Made by a program: the position numbers and the translations under genes
The notes under the pieces: model-generated
Seen by the model: the letters and a program-made list of their open reading frames with translations, nothing else
Told to the model about the DNA's origin: nothing
Database searches by the model: none
Part shown: positions 19,895 through 29,104 of the stretch, piece after piece
How positions within the stretch are numbered: the first letter of the stretch is position 1
Layout of the letters: each line of letters opens with the position of its first letter
Assembly (NCBI GenBank): GCA_965246885.1
Contig: OZ251992.1
Location: 224,001-288,000, forward strand
Direction of reading: 5' to 3'
From: Abditibacterium sp.
GTDB taxonomy: Bacteria; Armatimonadota; Abditibacteriia; Abditibacteriales; Abditibacteriaceae
DNA length: 64,000 bases

Positions 19895-20614
19895 ATGCCC
19901 GATTCCATCTCCAACGAATCTTTGCCGACAGCGACCCAAGCAACGGCCCCTGCGGGTGCAGGCGCCGACTTGTTGTGGGTGTGGAAGGAAGTCCGCAAGC
20001 GCGTGTTCATCAAGCTGCCCTTTTCGCTTGCGGTGGCCGACTCGCTCGCGGCGGCGGTGCCCGTCGTGCTCGACGGCGACCTTTTCGTGGTGGGGCTGTC
20101 GTCGCGCGATTATGTCATGGCCGGAACACTCACTACGCCCAGCGTGAAGAACACGGTCGAGAACATCCTGCGCGGGGCGGCGGGACGCACCATCACCCTC
20201 GAAGTCATCGAAGGCACCACAATGGAAGACTGGGAGGAGATGTCGGTGCGCCGCCAAAAAGCCCAAGCCGCCCTGCTTGCCATCGCCGAACAAAAAGCGG
20301 GGGACGGCCACTTCGAGGACGTGCTCAACCAAATCGTCGGAGAGTTGCGCCATCGCATCTCTCTCGTTCCCGACCGCGTCTTGCCGCAGGTGCGGGCGGG
20401 ACTTGTGCTCGACATCGCGCCCAGTCTGGCCGATGCCGAAGAGATGCTGTTCGGCGAGCAAGAGTCGCACGAGGGGCGCCGCGCCATCTCCCGCGTGATA
20501 GACCGCATCGCCGGTTTCCTCGACGTGCCGCCGCTCATGCTGTCCCTCGAAATCGAACGCTACCGCCGCGCCACCAAGCGCGCCGCGCCCGGTTCGGAAT
20601 CCAAGCGCGACTAA
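19895..20614 (+). CDS. Hypothetical protein with DnaA-N/DciA-like N-terminal domain
   Basis: VWKEVRKRV...PVVLDGDLFVVGL...VENILRGAAGRTITLEVI pattern. Confidence 0.6.
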   Translation: MPDSISNESLPTATQATAPAGAGADLLWVWKEVRKRVFIKLPFSLAVADSLAAAVPVVLDGDLFVVGLSSRDYVMAGTLTTPSVKNTVENILRGAAGRTITLEVIEGTTMEDWEEMSVRRQKAQAALLAIAEQKAGDGHFEDVLNQIVGELRHRISLVPDRVLPQVRAGLVLDIAPSLADAEEMLFGEQESHEGRRAISRVIDRIAGFLDVPPLMLSLEIERYRRATKRAAPGSESKRD

Positions 20615-20644
20615 GCGTGCGCCGCGCGGGTCAAACTTGCGCTC

Positions 20645-22747
20645 ATGCTCCCGTTTCGTGAACTGTCCCCCCGCACCCGCTTGGGCTTGATGGGTGGCGC
20701 GCTCCTCGCCTTGGTCGGCGCCGAGGGCGCCATCCTGTGGGTGGCGTCCAAGCACTCGCCCGCTCCGGCCATCGAGACGCGTACCCCCGCGCCCCCCGTG
20801 CTCCCATCCGCCGCGCCCGTCCCGACAACGCCCGAAGAAATCTATACCGCTCCCGGCGCTTCCCCGCCCTCCGCCGACAACCCGCCCGCGCCCGCCGTTC
20901 CCGCGCCGGGGCAGGACATGGGTTCGCCGCCTTCCGCCACGCCGCCGCCCGATTCCAGCCCGCCGCTTCATCTGCCGCCCGCGCCCGATAGACCGCCCGT
21001 CATCGCGCCCAACCACCCGAATTTGGCGGTGCCGCCGATGCCCATCGTGCCCTCTCCACCCGCGCCCAATGTGCCGGTCGCGCCCGTCCCGCCGCCTGCG
21101 GGAACAAAAGCGCCCAACCCGAAGTTGGTCGCCGCCGCGCGCAAGTTCGACGAAGCGGGCGCGCTTCTCAAAGCCGGGAACAAAAAGGGGGCGCTCGCGC
21201 GCTGGGAGGAAGTGGCGCGCCTCGCGCCCAACGACTTGGCGACGCGCCAGAACCTCGCGCTTGTGTATGGCGAACTGAATCAACCCCGCGCCGCCCTGCC
21301 GCACGCCCGCGCCGCCGCCCGCCTCGCGCCCAACAACCCGGCGGCGCAGTTCCAACTGGCGCGTTTGCTGTTGGCCAACAAGCAACTGCGCCCCGCCGTT
21401 GAACCTTTGCGCGCCGTCGTGAAACTGGCCCCCGACGCGCGCGATGGGCGCGTTCTGCTGGCACGCACGTTGGTGGACTTGAAGCAACCCAAGGGCGCGC
21501 TGGAGCAGTGGGCCGCCGTCGCAAACCGCGACGGGCACGATATGGAAGCGCACTTCAACGCGGCGGCGGTCGCCAACGACCTGCTCCATGACCCCAAAGA
21601 AGCGGCGAAGTGGCTCCGGCGCGCGCAAGACCAAAACCCGCGCGACCCGCGCGCGCCGATGCTGTTGTCGCAGGTGTTGCTTTCGCACCACGACGCCAAG
21701 GGCGCCGCAACGACCTTAGCGCGCGCGGTCGCCGCTTCGCCTGACGCCTTTGAGCTTTACCCGGCGCTATCGCGCGCGCGCTTGGCGGCCCACGACCGCG
21801 CGGGCGCCATTCAAGCGTTGCAAAGCGGTCTCGCGCGCGTTCCGGCGGGCGCGCCCAACGCCGCCCAAACGCAGGGGCAACTGCGCCTCACGCTGGGGCA
21901 ACTCTACGGCGCTGGCAAGCAACCCAAGCAAGCCTTGGCGGAGTTCTCGCGCGCCGCCAAGCTGTTGCCGCGCGACCCGCAACCGCGCGCGCTCGCGGCG
22001 TTGGCGGAGATAGACCAGAAGAACCCGACGGGCGCGGTGAAGTGGCTGTCCGAAGCGGTCATGCTCGACCCGAAAGACATCCGCACGCGGCGTTTATACG
22101 CGCAAACGCTCGCGCAAACCGCGCAGTGGAAAGCGGCGGACGCGCAGTACGAATCGTATTGCGCGCAATCGCCGCGCGACAAGGAAGCGCTCGCGCAGTG
22201 GGCACGCGTGGCGCGCGAAGCCAAGAACCCGGCGCGCGCCGCGCAGATTTGGGGCAAAGCGGCGGCGCTCGACCCCAAAAACCCGCTTGTGTGGGAGCAG
22301 TTGGGCGATGCGCGCTTGCTCGCCAAAGACAAGCGCGGCGCGCTTGAGGCGTTTCAAACGGTGGCGAAGCTGTCGCCGCGCGACCTGACGCGCACGCTGC
22401 GGGTGTCGGACTTGCAAGCCGAAATGAAGGATGCGCCCGGTGCGCTGGCGACGCTGGAATCGGCGCTGACGGCGCGCCCCGATTACGCGCCGCTTTATCT
22501 GCTGGTGCTACGTGCGGGCGACGCGGCAGGCGAGAACGAGGCGGCGCGCACGTTCATCGCGCAGAAGTTGGCGATGCAACCGGAGAACAGCGAAGCGCTG
22601 GCGGGCGCGCTGGGGTTCTACTCTGACAAAAAACTGCCCGACGAGGCGCATGCGCTTCTAAACGACGTTGTGGCACGCAACCCCGCCGCTAAACTGGCGA
22701 AAGACGCGCTCGCGGCGCATCCCGCACCAACCAAAGCGGTGGGGTGA
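20645..22747 (+). CDS. Membrane-anchored Pro-rich linker + TPR protein
   Basis: N-terminal TM, ~120-aa Pro-rich region, repeated A...L.P.D/N TPR units. Confidence 0.88.
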   Translation: MLPFRELSPRTRLGLMGGALLALVGAEGAILWVASKHSPAPAIETRTPAPPVLPSAAPVPTTPEEIYTAPGASPPSADNPPAPAVPAPGQDMGSPPSATPPPDSSPPLHLPPAPDRPPVIAPNHPNLAVPPMPIVPSPPAPNVPVAPVPPPAGTKAPNPKLVAAARKFDEAGALLKAGNKKGALARWEEVARLAPNDLATRQNLALVYGELNQPRAALPHARAAARLAPNNPAAQFQLARLLLANKQLRPAVEPLRAVVKLAPDARDGRVLLARTLVDLKQPKGALEQWAAVANRDGHDMEAHFNAAAVANDLLHDPKEAAKWLRRAQDQNPRDPRAPMLLSQVLLSHHDAKGAATTLARAVAASPDAFELYPALSRARLAAHDRAGAIQALQSGLARVPAGAPNAAQTQGQLRLTLGQLYGAGKQPKQALAEFSRAAKLLPRDPQPRALAALAEIDQKNPTGAVKWLSEAVMLDPKDIRTRRLYAQTLAQTAQWKAADAQYESYCAQSPRDKEALAQWARVAREAKNPARAAQIWGKAAALDPKNPLVWEQLGDARLLAKDKRGALEAFQTVAKLSPRDLTRTLRVSDLQAEMKDAPGALATLESALTARPDYAPLYLLVLRAGDAAGENEAARTFIAQKLAMQPENSEALAGALGFYSDKKLPDEAHALLNDVVARNPAAKLAKDALAAHPAPTKAVG

Positions 22748-22853
22748 GTCAAGCGAATGAATTCGCAGCCAGCAGAATCGTCGGCCTTCGCCGACGCAGA
22801 AACTGCCACCCCGTCGGCGAAGGCCGACGGCTGCGAATTCATTCGCTTGACTC
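22746..22853. repeat. Nested palindrome (REPIN-like) between convergent genes
   Basis: 24-bp perfect arms GAGTCAAGCGAATGAATTCGCAGC; inner IR CGTCGGCCTTCGCCGACG / CGTCGGCGAAGGCCGACG. Confidence 0.92.
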
Positions 22854-25019
22854 CGCCATCCGCCCCAACAGCGCTTGCGCTCGCGCCATGTGGGCTTGCG
22901 ATCCGACGTAACGCCCCGCTTGGAGCGCGCGCGTCGCGGCCTGCGTTTCCGCGAGAGCGGCTTGGGCCAGAGCTTTCGCCGGAGGCGACGCGGCGCGCGT
23001 TATGGCCCCGCGCGGCGCTGAAGCGAGGAGCGCGGCGGGGTGAGCCAGTTCCGACAGCGCCGCGCCCGAACCGGGCAACTCCTCGCTCCAGCGCACCGCG
23101 TCCGCTTCGAGTGGCCCCGCCGCCATCCCCACCGCGACCGGCAAGCGCACCTCGCCCGCGCTACTCGATTCGGGGGGCAAGCGGAAAAACGGACGCGCCA
23201 ACAGCAGACGACCGCCCTCGCCCCACAGAATCGGCGTTCCGGCTTCGGGCGTGGAGTGGGTTTGCGCGCGCGCCGTCACCGCGAACGCGCGCAGTTTTGC
23301 CTCGATTTGGGGACGAAGCGCGGGGGTCGTCGCTCGCGCTTCCCAGCCGTGCGCGTCCCGCATCCACACAAGTGGCGCACCCCCCGCAAGCGCCGTTTGC
23401 AGGGCGGGGGTGGGTACACTTTGGGGCGCGCGCGCCCCAAAGAGCGAAGGTAGCGCCGCCCGCCACCGCGCCACCGGCGCACCCGCCCCCTCGAACGGCG
23501 CCACGCGCAGGGCGCCCGTTTGAGCGTCCATGCGAAGCACCGCAACGGGTCGCACCATTTCCATATCGTACGCGACGCACTCCCAAAACGCGCTCCCGGT
23601 GCGCGCATCGCGGCGCGGAACGGCCTCGTCCCATACCCAAAACGGCGCAATTGTCTGCCCCGCTTCGCGCGCGCCCCGCCACACCAGCAACGTCTTCGCG
23701 CGCGCGCCCTCGAACGGCAGGAGCGGATCGCGCAATCGCCACGCCCACGCCATCTTCCACACGCGGCTTTGGAAGGGCGCTCCCAAGCGCTCAGCCAGCA
23801 GGGGGCGCCCGCTTAAGCCGTAAAAGAGCGGGCCGACCGGTTGGCCACCGCGCGAGGGAGCGCTTCGGGGAAAGTCCAGCGAACTCCACGCCAACGTGCC
23901 CTCATCCGCCGTGCCGTGCCCCGCCCACGCGTCCGTCACGACCGGGACGCCGACCACATTCAACTGCGTGTGCCCGTCCGCGCGCGCCGCTCCTACCCCC
24001 ACCGTCTGCCATTCGACCAAGTGCCCCGCATCATCTCGTCCCAACCGTGCGCGCGCCGCGCGCAAGGTCAGCCGCTCGTCCAACAACGGCGCGCCATTGG
24101 GGGCGCCGTCCGCGAGGGCGAACTTTGACATCGGGGGTAGCGCTTCATCACCACGCACGCTGGGCGCAAAAGCATCGCCCAGTAGCGCCGCCAACACCAC
24201 AACCGCAACCGTCCCCGCGAGGGCGCGCAAGCGAGGACGCCAAAGCTGTACCGCCAGCGCCAAACAGCCCAGCGCGCCCGCGCCGCCGATGAACAGGACA
24301 CCCATCCGCGCCACGTCGCCACCTGCTCCGGCGTGCTGTGCCCGCGCCGCCTCGAACGCGAACCCCAAGGCGCGCAGGGTGCACAGCGCCGCGCCCACCA
24401 CCGTTTGCGCGCGTAGCCAATGCACCGGTGAAGCGGCGGGCCGCGCCGCCAAGAACGGAAGCGCGCGCAGCGTTCCAGCGAGAAGGGCAACGGCGCCGAG
24501 CACAAGTCCAAACCCCCACGCGCCCGCCAATAGCGCTTCGAGCGCGGGCGCCCACACGAGCCAGAAATCACCCGCGCGGCGCGGGAGCGGCGCGAGCGCC
24601 CAAGCCAAACGGCTCCACCCCTCGCCCAGCAGGTGCGCTTCCCACAAGGCCGCCACGAGGAGAGCCGCCCAGCCCCAGCGCGTCGCGCGCGCGCGCATCA
24701 GCGCGAAACGCAAAAGCGCGCGCGGAAGCGGCGGCTCCTCGACCTCGCTCGCAACAGGCCGCGCGACAGCGCGCATGACGGGAATACTCAGCGCCAAACA
24801 CACAAGCGCAAACAGGCTCGCCACGCCCCATTTCCATACGAACTCCGCGCGCCACAGGCCGCCCATCCCGACCGATCCGAACCACGCCGCGTCCGTTGCC
24901 ACACGTATGGCGCCATCAAGGAGCCACAGCGCCAGACCCAGCACCGCGAAAGGGCGAAGCGCGCGCGTCGCAAAAATCCAACGGAGCGCGCGCCCCAACG
25001 CCCGAAAAGTGCCGGTCAT
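22839..25019 (-). CDS. Divergent UPF0182 (COG1615)-like membrane protein
   Basis: ATDAAWFGSVG...W; multiple TMs; IAPFWVWDE...AFWECVAY echoes UPF0182 APFL.LD...W..D.Y. Confidence 0.6.
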   Translation of the reverse strand: MTGTFRALGRALRWIFATRALRPFAVLGLALWLLDGAIRVATDAAWFGSVGMGGLWRAEFVWKWGVASLFALVCLALSIPVMRAVARPVASEVEEPPLPRALLRFALMRARATRWGWAALLVAALWEAHLLGEGWSRLAWALAPLPRRAGDFWLVWAPALEALLAGAWGFGLVLGAVALLAGTLRALPFLAARPAASPVHWLRAQTVVGAALCTLRALGFAFEAARAQHAGAGGDVARMGVLFIGGAGALGCLALAVQLWRPRLRALAGTVAVVVLAALLGDAFAPSVRGDEALPPMSKFALADGAPNGAPLLDERLTLRAARARLGRDDAGHLVEWQTVGVGAARADGHTQLNVVGVPVVTDAWAGHGTADEGTLAWSSLDFPRSAPSRGGQPVGPLFYGLSGRPLLAERLGAPFQSRVWKMAWAWRLRDPLLPFEGARAKTLLVWRGAREAGQTIAPFWVWDEAVPRRDARTGSAFWECVAYDMEMVRPVAVLRMDAQTGALRVAPFEGAGAPVARWRAALPSLFGARAPQSVPTPALQTALAGGAPLVWMRDAHGWEARATTPALRPQIEAKLRAFAVTARAQTHSTPEAGTPILWGEGGRLLLARPFFRLPPESSSAGEVRLPVAVGMAAGPLEADAVRWSEELPGSGAALSELAHPAALLASAPRGAITRAASPPAKALAQAALAETQAATRALQAGRYVGSQAHMARAQALLGRMAESSE

Positions 25020-25196
25020 GAACAAAAAGTCAGTTTATGAAGCGCGTGGGGCGAAGCGAAAACCTTTGGCCGCCCCCAGCGAAACATTCCCACAGGCCGG
25101 TGGACGAGCTACCGGCTTACGGGAACCGTCGGCACGCTTAGTTCTTCCGTGGGCGCAACCCGGCGGGTCGGCGGCGCGCATGGGCGAACCGCTCAA

Positions 25197-26051
25197 TTAG
25201 CCGGGAACGGGAACGGGGGAGTCGCCGGTGTTGCCTTCGGGTACGGGGACGGGCGAATCGCCGCCTCCCTCGCTCCGCTCGCGGCGACGGCGCGGGGCGA
25301 CTTCGGCACGGGGAGCGGGCGCATCGTTGCCGTCACCCTCGGCGCGCTCGCGGCGGCGACGGCGCGGAGCGGGCGAATCGCCGCCACCCTCAACGGGCAC
25401 GCGCGGCGCGGCGTTGCCATTTCCAGAGTCGGTGTTCTCGTCGGACGAGCGGCGACGGCGGCGCGGCGTTTCGGTCGGGGTGTCGCCCCCATTGTCCGCG
25501 TTGCCGGTGTCGGTCACGCGCGCCGGGGATTGGTCGGTCGCGGCCTCTTCGGTGCGGGCGCGGCGATGGCGGCGCGGACGGGGGTTGTCGGTGGAGTTGT
25601 CGATTGAAACAGCGTCCGCCGATGCGTCGCGGTGGCGACGATGATGGCGGCGCGGGCGCGGCGTGGGTTCGGGGTTATCCGTGTTATCGCTTGTTGCGTG
25701 CGGGCGCGGCGTGACGGTAGTGCGCCCGTTGCCGGAATCGGGCGGGGTGGGCGTGTCGGAAGGCGTATCCCCCGACGGCGAAAGCGGCTCAGGCGAGGTG
25801 GTGTCTATGTTGGGCGAAGTGTCGCCGGGAATGGAGGAGCCATCCGAGGAGGGTTCGGGCGTGGCTGTGGGTTCGGGCAGGGCTTCGATGTCGGCGCCCG
25901 CCGAGCGCACTCCGGTCTTGGGGTGCTGGAGTTTCGAGCCGTCCGGCCCGAACAACTTTTCGGAAAGGACGTATTTACCAAAAGCGTAGGAGCCGTAACC
26001 CAATCCGGCGACAAGGCATAAAGCCACGAAAAGACGAGACAGAATTCGCAT
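25197..26051 (-). CDS. Membrane-anchored intrinsically disordered protein with Arg-cluster repeats
   Basis: N-terminal TM, then P/S/T/D-rich sequence with repeated PRRRRR...EG.GDSP.P. Confidence 0.75.
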   Translation of the reverse strand: MRILSRLFVALCLVAGLGYGSYAFGKYVLSEKLFGPDGSKLQHPKTGVRSAGADIEALPEPTATPEPSSDGSSIPGDTSPNIDTTSPEPLSPSGDTPSDTPTPPDSGNGRTTVTPRPHATSDNTDNPEPTPRPRRHHRRHRDASADAVSIDNSTDNPRPRRHRRARTEEAATDQSPARVTDTGNADNGGDTPTETPRRRRRSSDENTDSGNGNAAPRVPVEGGGDSPAPRRRRRERAEGDGNDAPAPRAEVAPRRRRERSEGGGDSPVPVPEGNTGDSPVPVPG

Positions 26052-26176
26052 AAGGAGGCGCGAACCGAGAAACCTCGATTGCCGCCTCTTAAGGCTACTC
26101 TATCCCCCGCATTTGTTCCGCACCCCGCGCGAAAAACCGCGAAGTTCCCGCGCCGCGCGCCCCCACTGCCCCATCT

Positions 26177-27100
26177 TTAGCCGAAGTTGCTTTGGGTGAT
26201 CTTGATGAACGCGGGGCCAAGGATCACGATAAAGAGCGCCGGGAAGATGAACAGCACGAGCGGGAAGGTCATCTTGATGGGCGCTTTTTGGGCGGCTTCG
26301 CGGGCGCGCTGGGCGCGGCGCTCGCGCAGGCGTTCGCTTTGCACCTTCAAGACGTTCGAGACGGCCAGACCCAACTGCTCGGCTTGCACGAGCGCGGTGA
26401 GGAGTGTAGTGAGATCGTGAACGTCCACGCGGCGCGACATATCGCGCAGCGCATCGCCCTGCGAGCGGCCCAAGCGCACTTCGTGGAGCGTGCGCAAGAA
26501 CTCCTCGGACAGGGGGTTGGGGAAGCGCTCGGAGATGCGCTGGATGGCGGCGATAAGGCCCAACCCCGCTTCGACGGAAATGGAGATCAGGTCAATGGTG
26601 TCAGGAAGCGCGAGTTGAATCTCTTTCTGGCGGGCTTTGATCCGCATGCCCAGCCAGATGTCGGGCAAGCGAAAGCCTTGGAACGCACCAAACGCCACGA
26701 ACGGGAAGAAGAACCACGCGGGCACCGCGACGCCCCACAAGGTGGCCACGACGCCCAGCGAGGGAAAGCCCAGCGCAAACAGGAGCGCGCCCACGAAAAT
26801 GGCGAGGAACTTGACGATCAAGAAGGTTTGGGCGCGCAGACCAAAGGGGAACCCGGCGCGCATGAGGCGCACGCGCAGATCGTCTTCGTTGATGCTGCGC
26901 CACAACGCCGAGCCGGGCGCGGTGATGCGCTCCAAGGATGGCCCCACGACGCGCGCCACAAAAGAAGCGGGCGGCGGCGCCGTCTCGACTTGGGGCATGA
27001 TGCGGTCGGTGAGGCGCCCACCACGCCGTCCGCGCGCATCGGAAGTAGGGGGGACGGGCGAGGAGGCGGGAGCGTTGGGAAGATTCGGAGATTCGCGCAT
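26177..27100 (-). CDS. tadC: Tad pilus assembly protein TadC (T2SSF family)
   Basis: LPDTIDLISISVEAGLG, QAEQLG, AQKAPIKMTFPLVLFIFPALF. Confidence 0.92.
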   Translation of the reverse strand: MRESPNLPNAPASSPVPPTSDARGRRGGRLTDRIMPQVETAPPPASFVARVVGPSLERITAPGSALWRSINEDDLRVRLMRAGFPFGLRAQTFLIVKFLAIFVGALLFALGFPSLGVVATLWGVAVPAWFFFPFVAFGAFQGFRLPDIWLGMRIKARQKEIQLALPDTIDLISISVEAGLGLIAAIQRISERFPNPLSEEFLRTLHEVRLGRSQGDALRDMSRRVDVHDLTTLLTALVQAEQLGLAVSNVLKVQSERLRERRAQRAREAAQKAPIKMTFPLVLFIFPALFIVILGPAFIKITQSNFG

Positions 27101-27130
27101 GATGAGTAGGTGGGCGGACGATAGCGGAAT

Positions 27131-28156
27131 TTAGACCTTGATGCTGACGATGCGCATGATGATGAAGAATCCCATCATTTGCAGCGCGATGGCGCCAAGA
27201 AGGAGAACATTCCCCATGCCGGTCGAAAAGAGCGGCTCGATGAAGGACGGCTCGTTGGGAGTGGTGGTCTTGCCGACAAAGTAAATGCCGGTGGCAACGA
27301 AAACGGGCAAAAAGCCCATGATGGCGCCCGTCAAGCGGCCCTGCGCGGTGAGGGTGCGAATCTCGCCCTTGATGCGCTGACGCTGGCGGACGACTTCGGC
27401 AATGAGTTCGAGCAACTGCGCGAGCGCGCCGCCGATTTCGCGCTGGATAATGACGGCAATCAAGACGAGGTTCAAGTCCGCCGATTGAACGCGCTCGCTC
27501 ATGGCGGTCAGGGCTTCGGCAACGGGCACGCCCAAAGATATTTCCTGCGTGGCGCGGGCGAACTCATCTTTAATGGGAGAGGGCGCCTCGCGTGCGACCA
27601 TTTCCATTGACTGCATAAAGGAGAAGCCCGCGCGGAGCGAGTTGCTCATCAGCATCAGGGTGTCGGCGAGTTGCTCATCGAACTTGCGAAAGAACGCGGC
27701 ACGCATGACTTTCACGTACAGCAGGGGCAACAGCATCGCAATGGGGGCGAGCAGGAACGACAGCAACGGCCAGCCCAATAGGAGAAAGGCGACGAACACC
27801 ACCATCGCTAAGACGAGCGAGCCAGCGACTAACTCGGTCGCGCGCCAAGGGGAGCGAACTTGGATTAGCTGGTTTTCAAGGTGCCCCAGAATGTTGTCGC
27901 CCTCGGCAAAGCGCGACAGGGTCGGCAAGAAAGTGGTTTTGCGCGCGGCTTTGAGGCGCTTTTCCTCTTCGCGCGCGAAGTTGCGGTCGAGTTGCTGGAG
28001 GTCGGCGTTGCCCAAGTCTACGAGGGGCATGGTCGCCACGCGGTGGATGCGCCGCACCATGTGCGCTTCGGTCGCCTCGTGCTGGCGGTCGAAGAAGCCA
28101 ATGACGATCAGGGAGAAGCCGCCTAAGATCATCGCGGCCATAATGAAGAGGAACAT
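27131..28156 (-). CDS. tadB: Tad pilus assembly protein TadB (T2SSF family)
   Basis: QLADTLMLMSNSLRAGFS, IQREIGGAL, IRTLTAQGRL. Confidence 0.92.
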   Translation of the reverse strand: MFLFIMAAMILGGFSLIVIGFFDRQHEATEAHMVRRIHRVATMPLVDLGNADLQQLDRNFAREEEKRLKAARKTTFLPTLSRFAEGDNILGHLENQLIQVRSPWRATELVAGSLVLAMVVFVAFLLLGWPLLSFLLAPIAMLLPLLYVKVMRAAFFRKFDEQLADTLMLMSNSLRAGFSFMQSMEMVAREAPSPIKDEFARATQEISLGVPVAEALTAMSERVQSADLNLVLIAVIIQREIGGALAQLLELIAEVVRQRQRIKGEIRTLTAQGRLTGAIMGFLPVFVATGIYFVGKTTTPNEPSFIEPLFSTGMGNVLLLGAIALQMMGFFIIMRIVSIKV

Positions 28157-28252
28157 CGAGGTCTGCGCGCGCCGTGCGGCGCGCTTTGCATCCCCTTATC
28201 CACTTTTTTGGCCATTTGCGCCGCGAGCTTTAATGCCCAAGGTTGGGACGGC

Positions 28253-28699
28253 TTAATTCTCCGCTTCTATCTCCAACACCTTCTTCAAACGGCGAAGGTG
28301 CCGCTCCTCGCCGGAGAAGCGCGCGCCGAGAAAGGCGGTGACGACTTCCGTTGCGATGGCGGGGCCAATGATGCGCGCGCCCATCGTGATGACGTTCACG
28401 TCGTCGTGCTCGACGCCTTGGTGCGCGGTGTAAACATCGTGGGCGAGGGTGGCGCGCACGCCGCGAATCTTGTTAGCCGCGACCGTCACACCCGCGCCCG
28501 ACCCGCACACCAAAATCCCGCGCTCGGCCCGCCCGCTCGTCACCGCGCCGCCCACCAACCGCGCGAAGTCGGGATAATCGGACGGCGCCTCATTGCACGC
28601 GCCCATGTCCTCGACCTCGTGACCGAGCGACTCAATCAGCCCGCGCAACCCTTCCTTCAACTGAAACCCGGCGTGATCGCCGCCAATGGCAATTTTCAT
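28253..28699 (-). CDS. rpiB: Ribose-5-phosphate isomerase B
   Basis: GGDHAG, DYPD, CGSGAG, ANK, RHLRR. Confidence 0.95.
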   Translation of the reverse strand: MKIAIGGDHAGFQLKEGLRGLIESLGHEVEDMGACNEAPSDYPDFARLVGGAVTSGRAERGILVCGSGAGVTVAANKIRGVRATLAHDVYTAHQGVEHDDVNVITMGARIIGPAIATEVVTAFLGARFSGEERHLRRLKKVLEIEAEN

Positions 28700-28759
28700 T
28701 AGGCCTTAATTTAGCACGGCGAGACGGGGAGTTGCGGGCGACGACATACTGAGCGCGTT

Positions 28760-29089
28760 TTAATTACTAATCAGGCTGGCGCTTACGCGGTCTGCGGCAT
28801 AAAAGTAAAACCCAGTGGCGGCGACGACTGAGCCAACCAAGAGGCACTGAGAAGCAACTTGTCCTTTTGGCGAACGACTCAATTTGGCAGTCACAGCAGC
28901 ACAGCCGATGAGAGCGGGCCAGAATAGCTTGAGCTTGGGCAGGAGCGAGTAGAAAGCGTCCCTGCTCAAATCCCAAGTCGTGCCGAAAGCGACCGAAAAT
29001 ATGTAGGCGACGGCGAACGGTGCCGCAAGGCAAACGACGTTGAGCGGCACGCTAATATCTTCTGGTCGGAGTTTCGTCTGCCTTGCCAT
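28760..29089 (-). CDS. Hypothetical membrane protein
   Basis: Three hydrophobic segments; lower GC than its neighbours. Confidence 0.5.
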   Translation of the reverse strand: MARQTKLRPEDISVPLNVVCLAAPFAVAYIFSVAFGTTWDLSRDAFYSLLPKLKLFWPALIGCAAVTAKLSRSPKGQVASQCLLVGSVVAATGFYFYAADRVSASLISN

Positions 29090-29104
29090 AACTTTGGGTT
29101 AGCC

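Noticed and set aside
28196..28204. DnaA-box-like TTATCCACT
   Set aside because: Single one-mismatch site; not enough to call.
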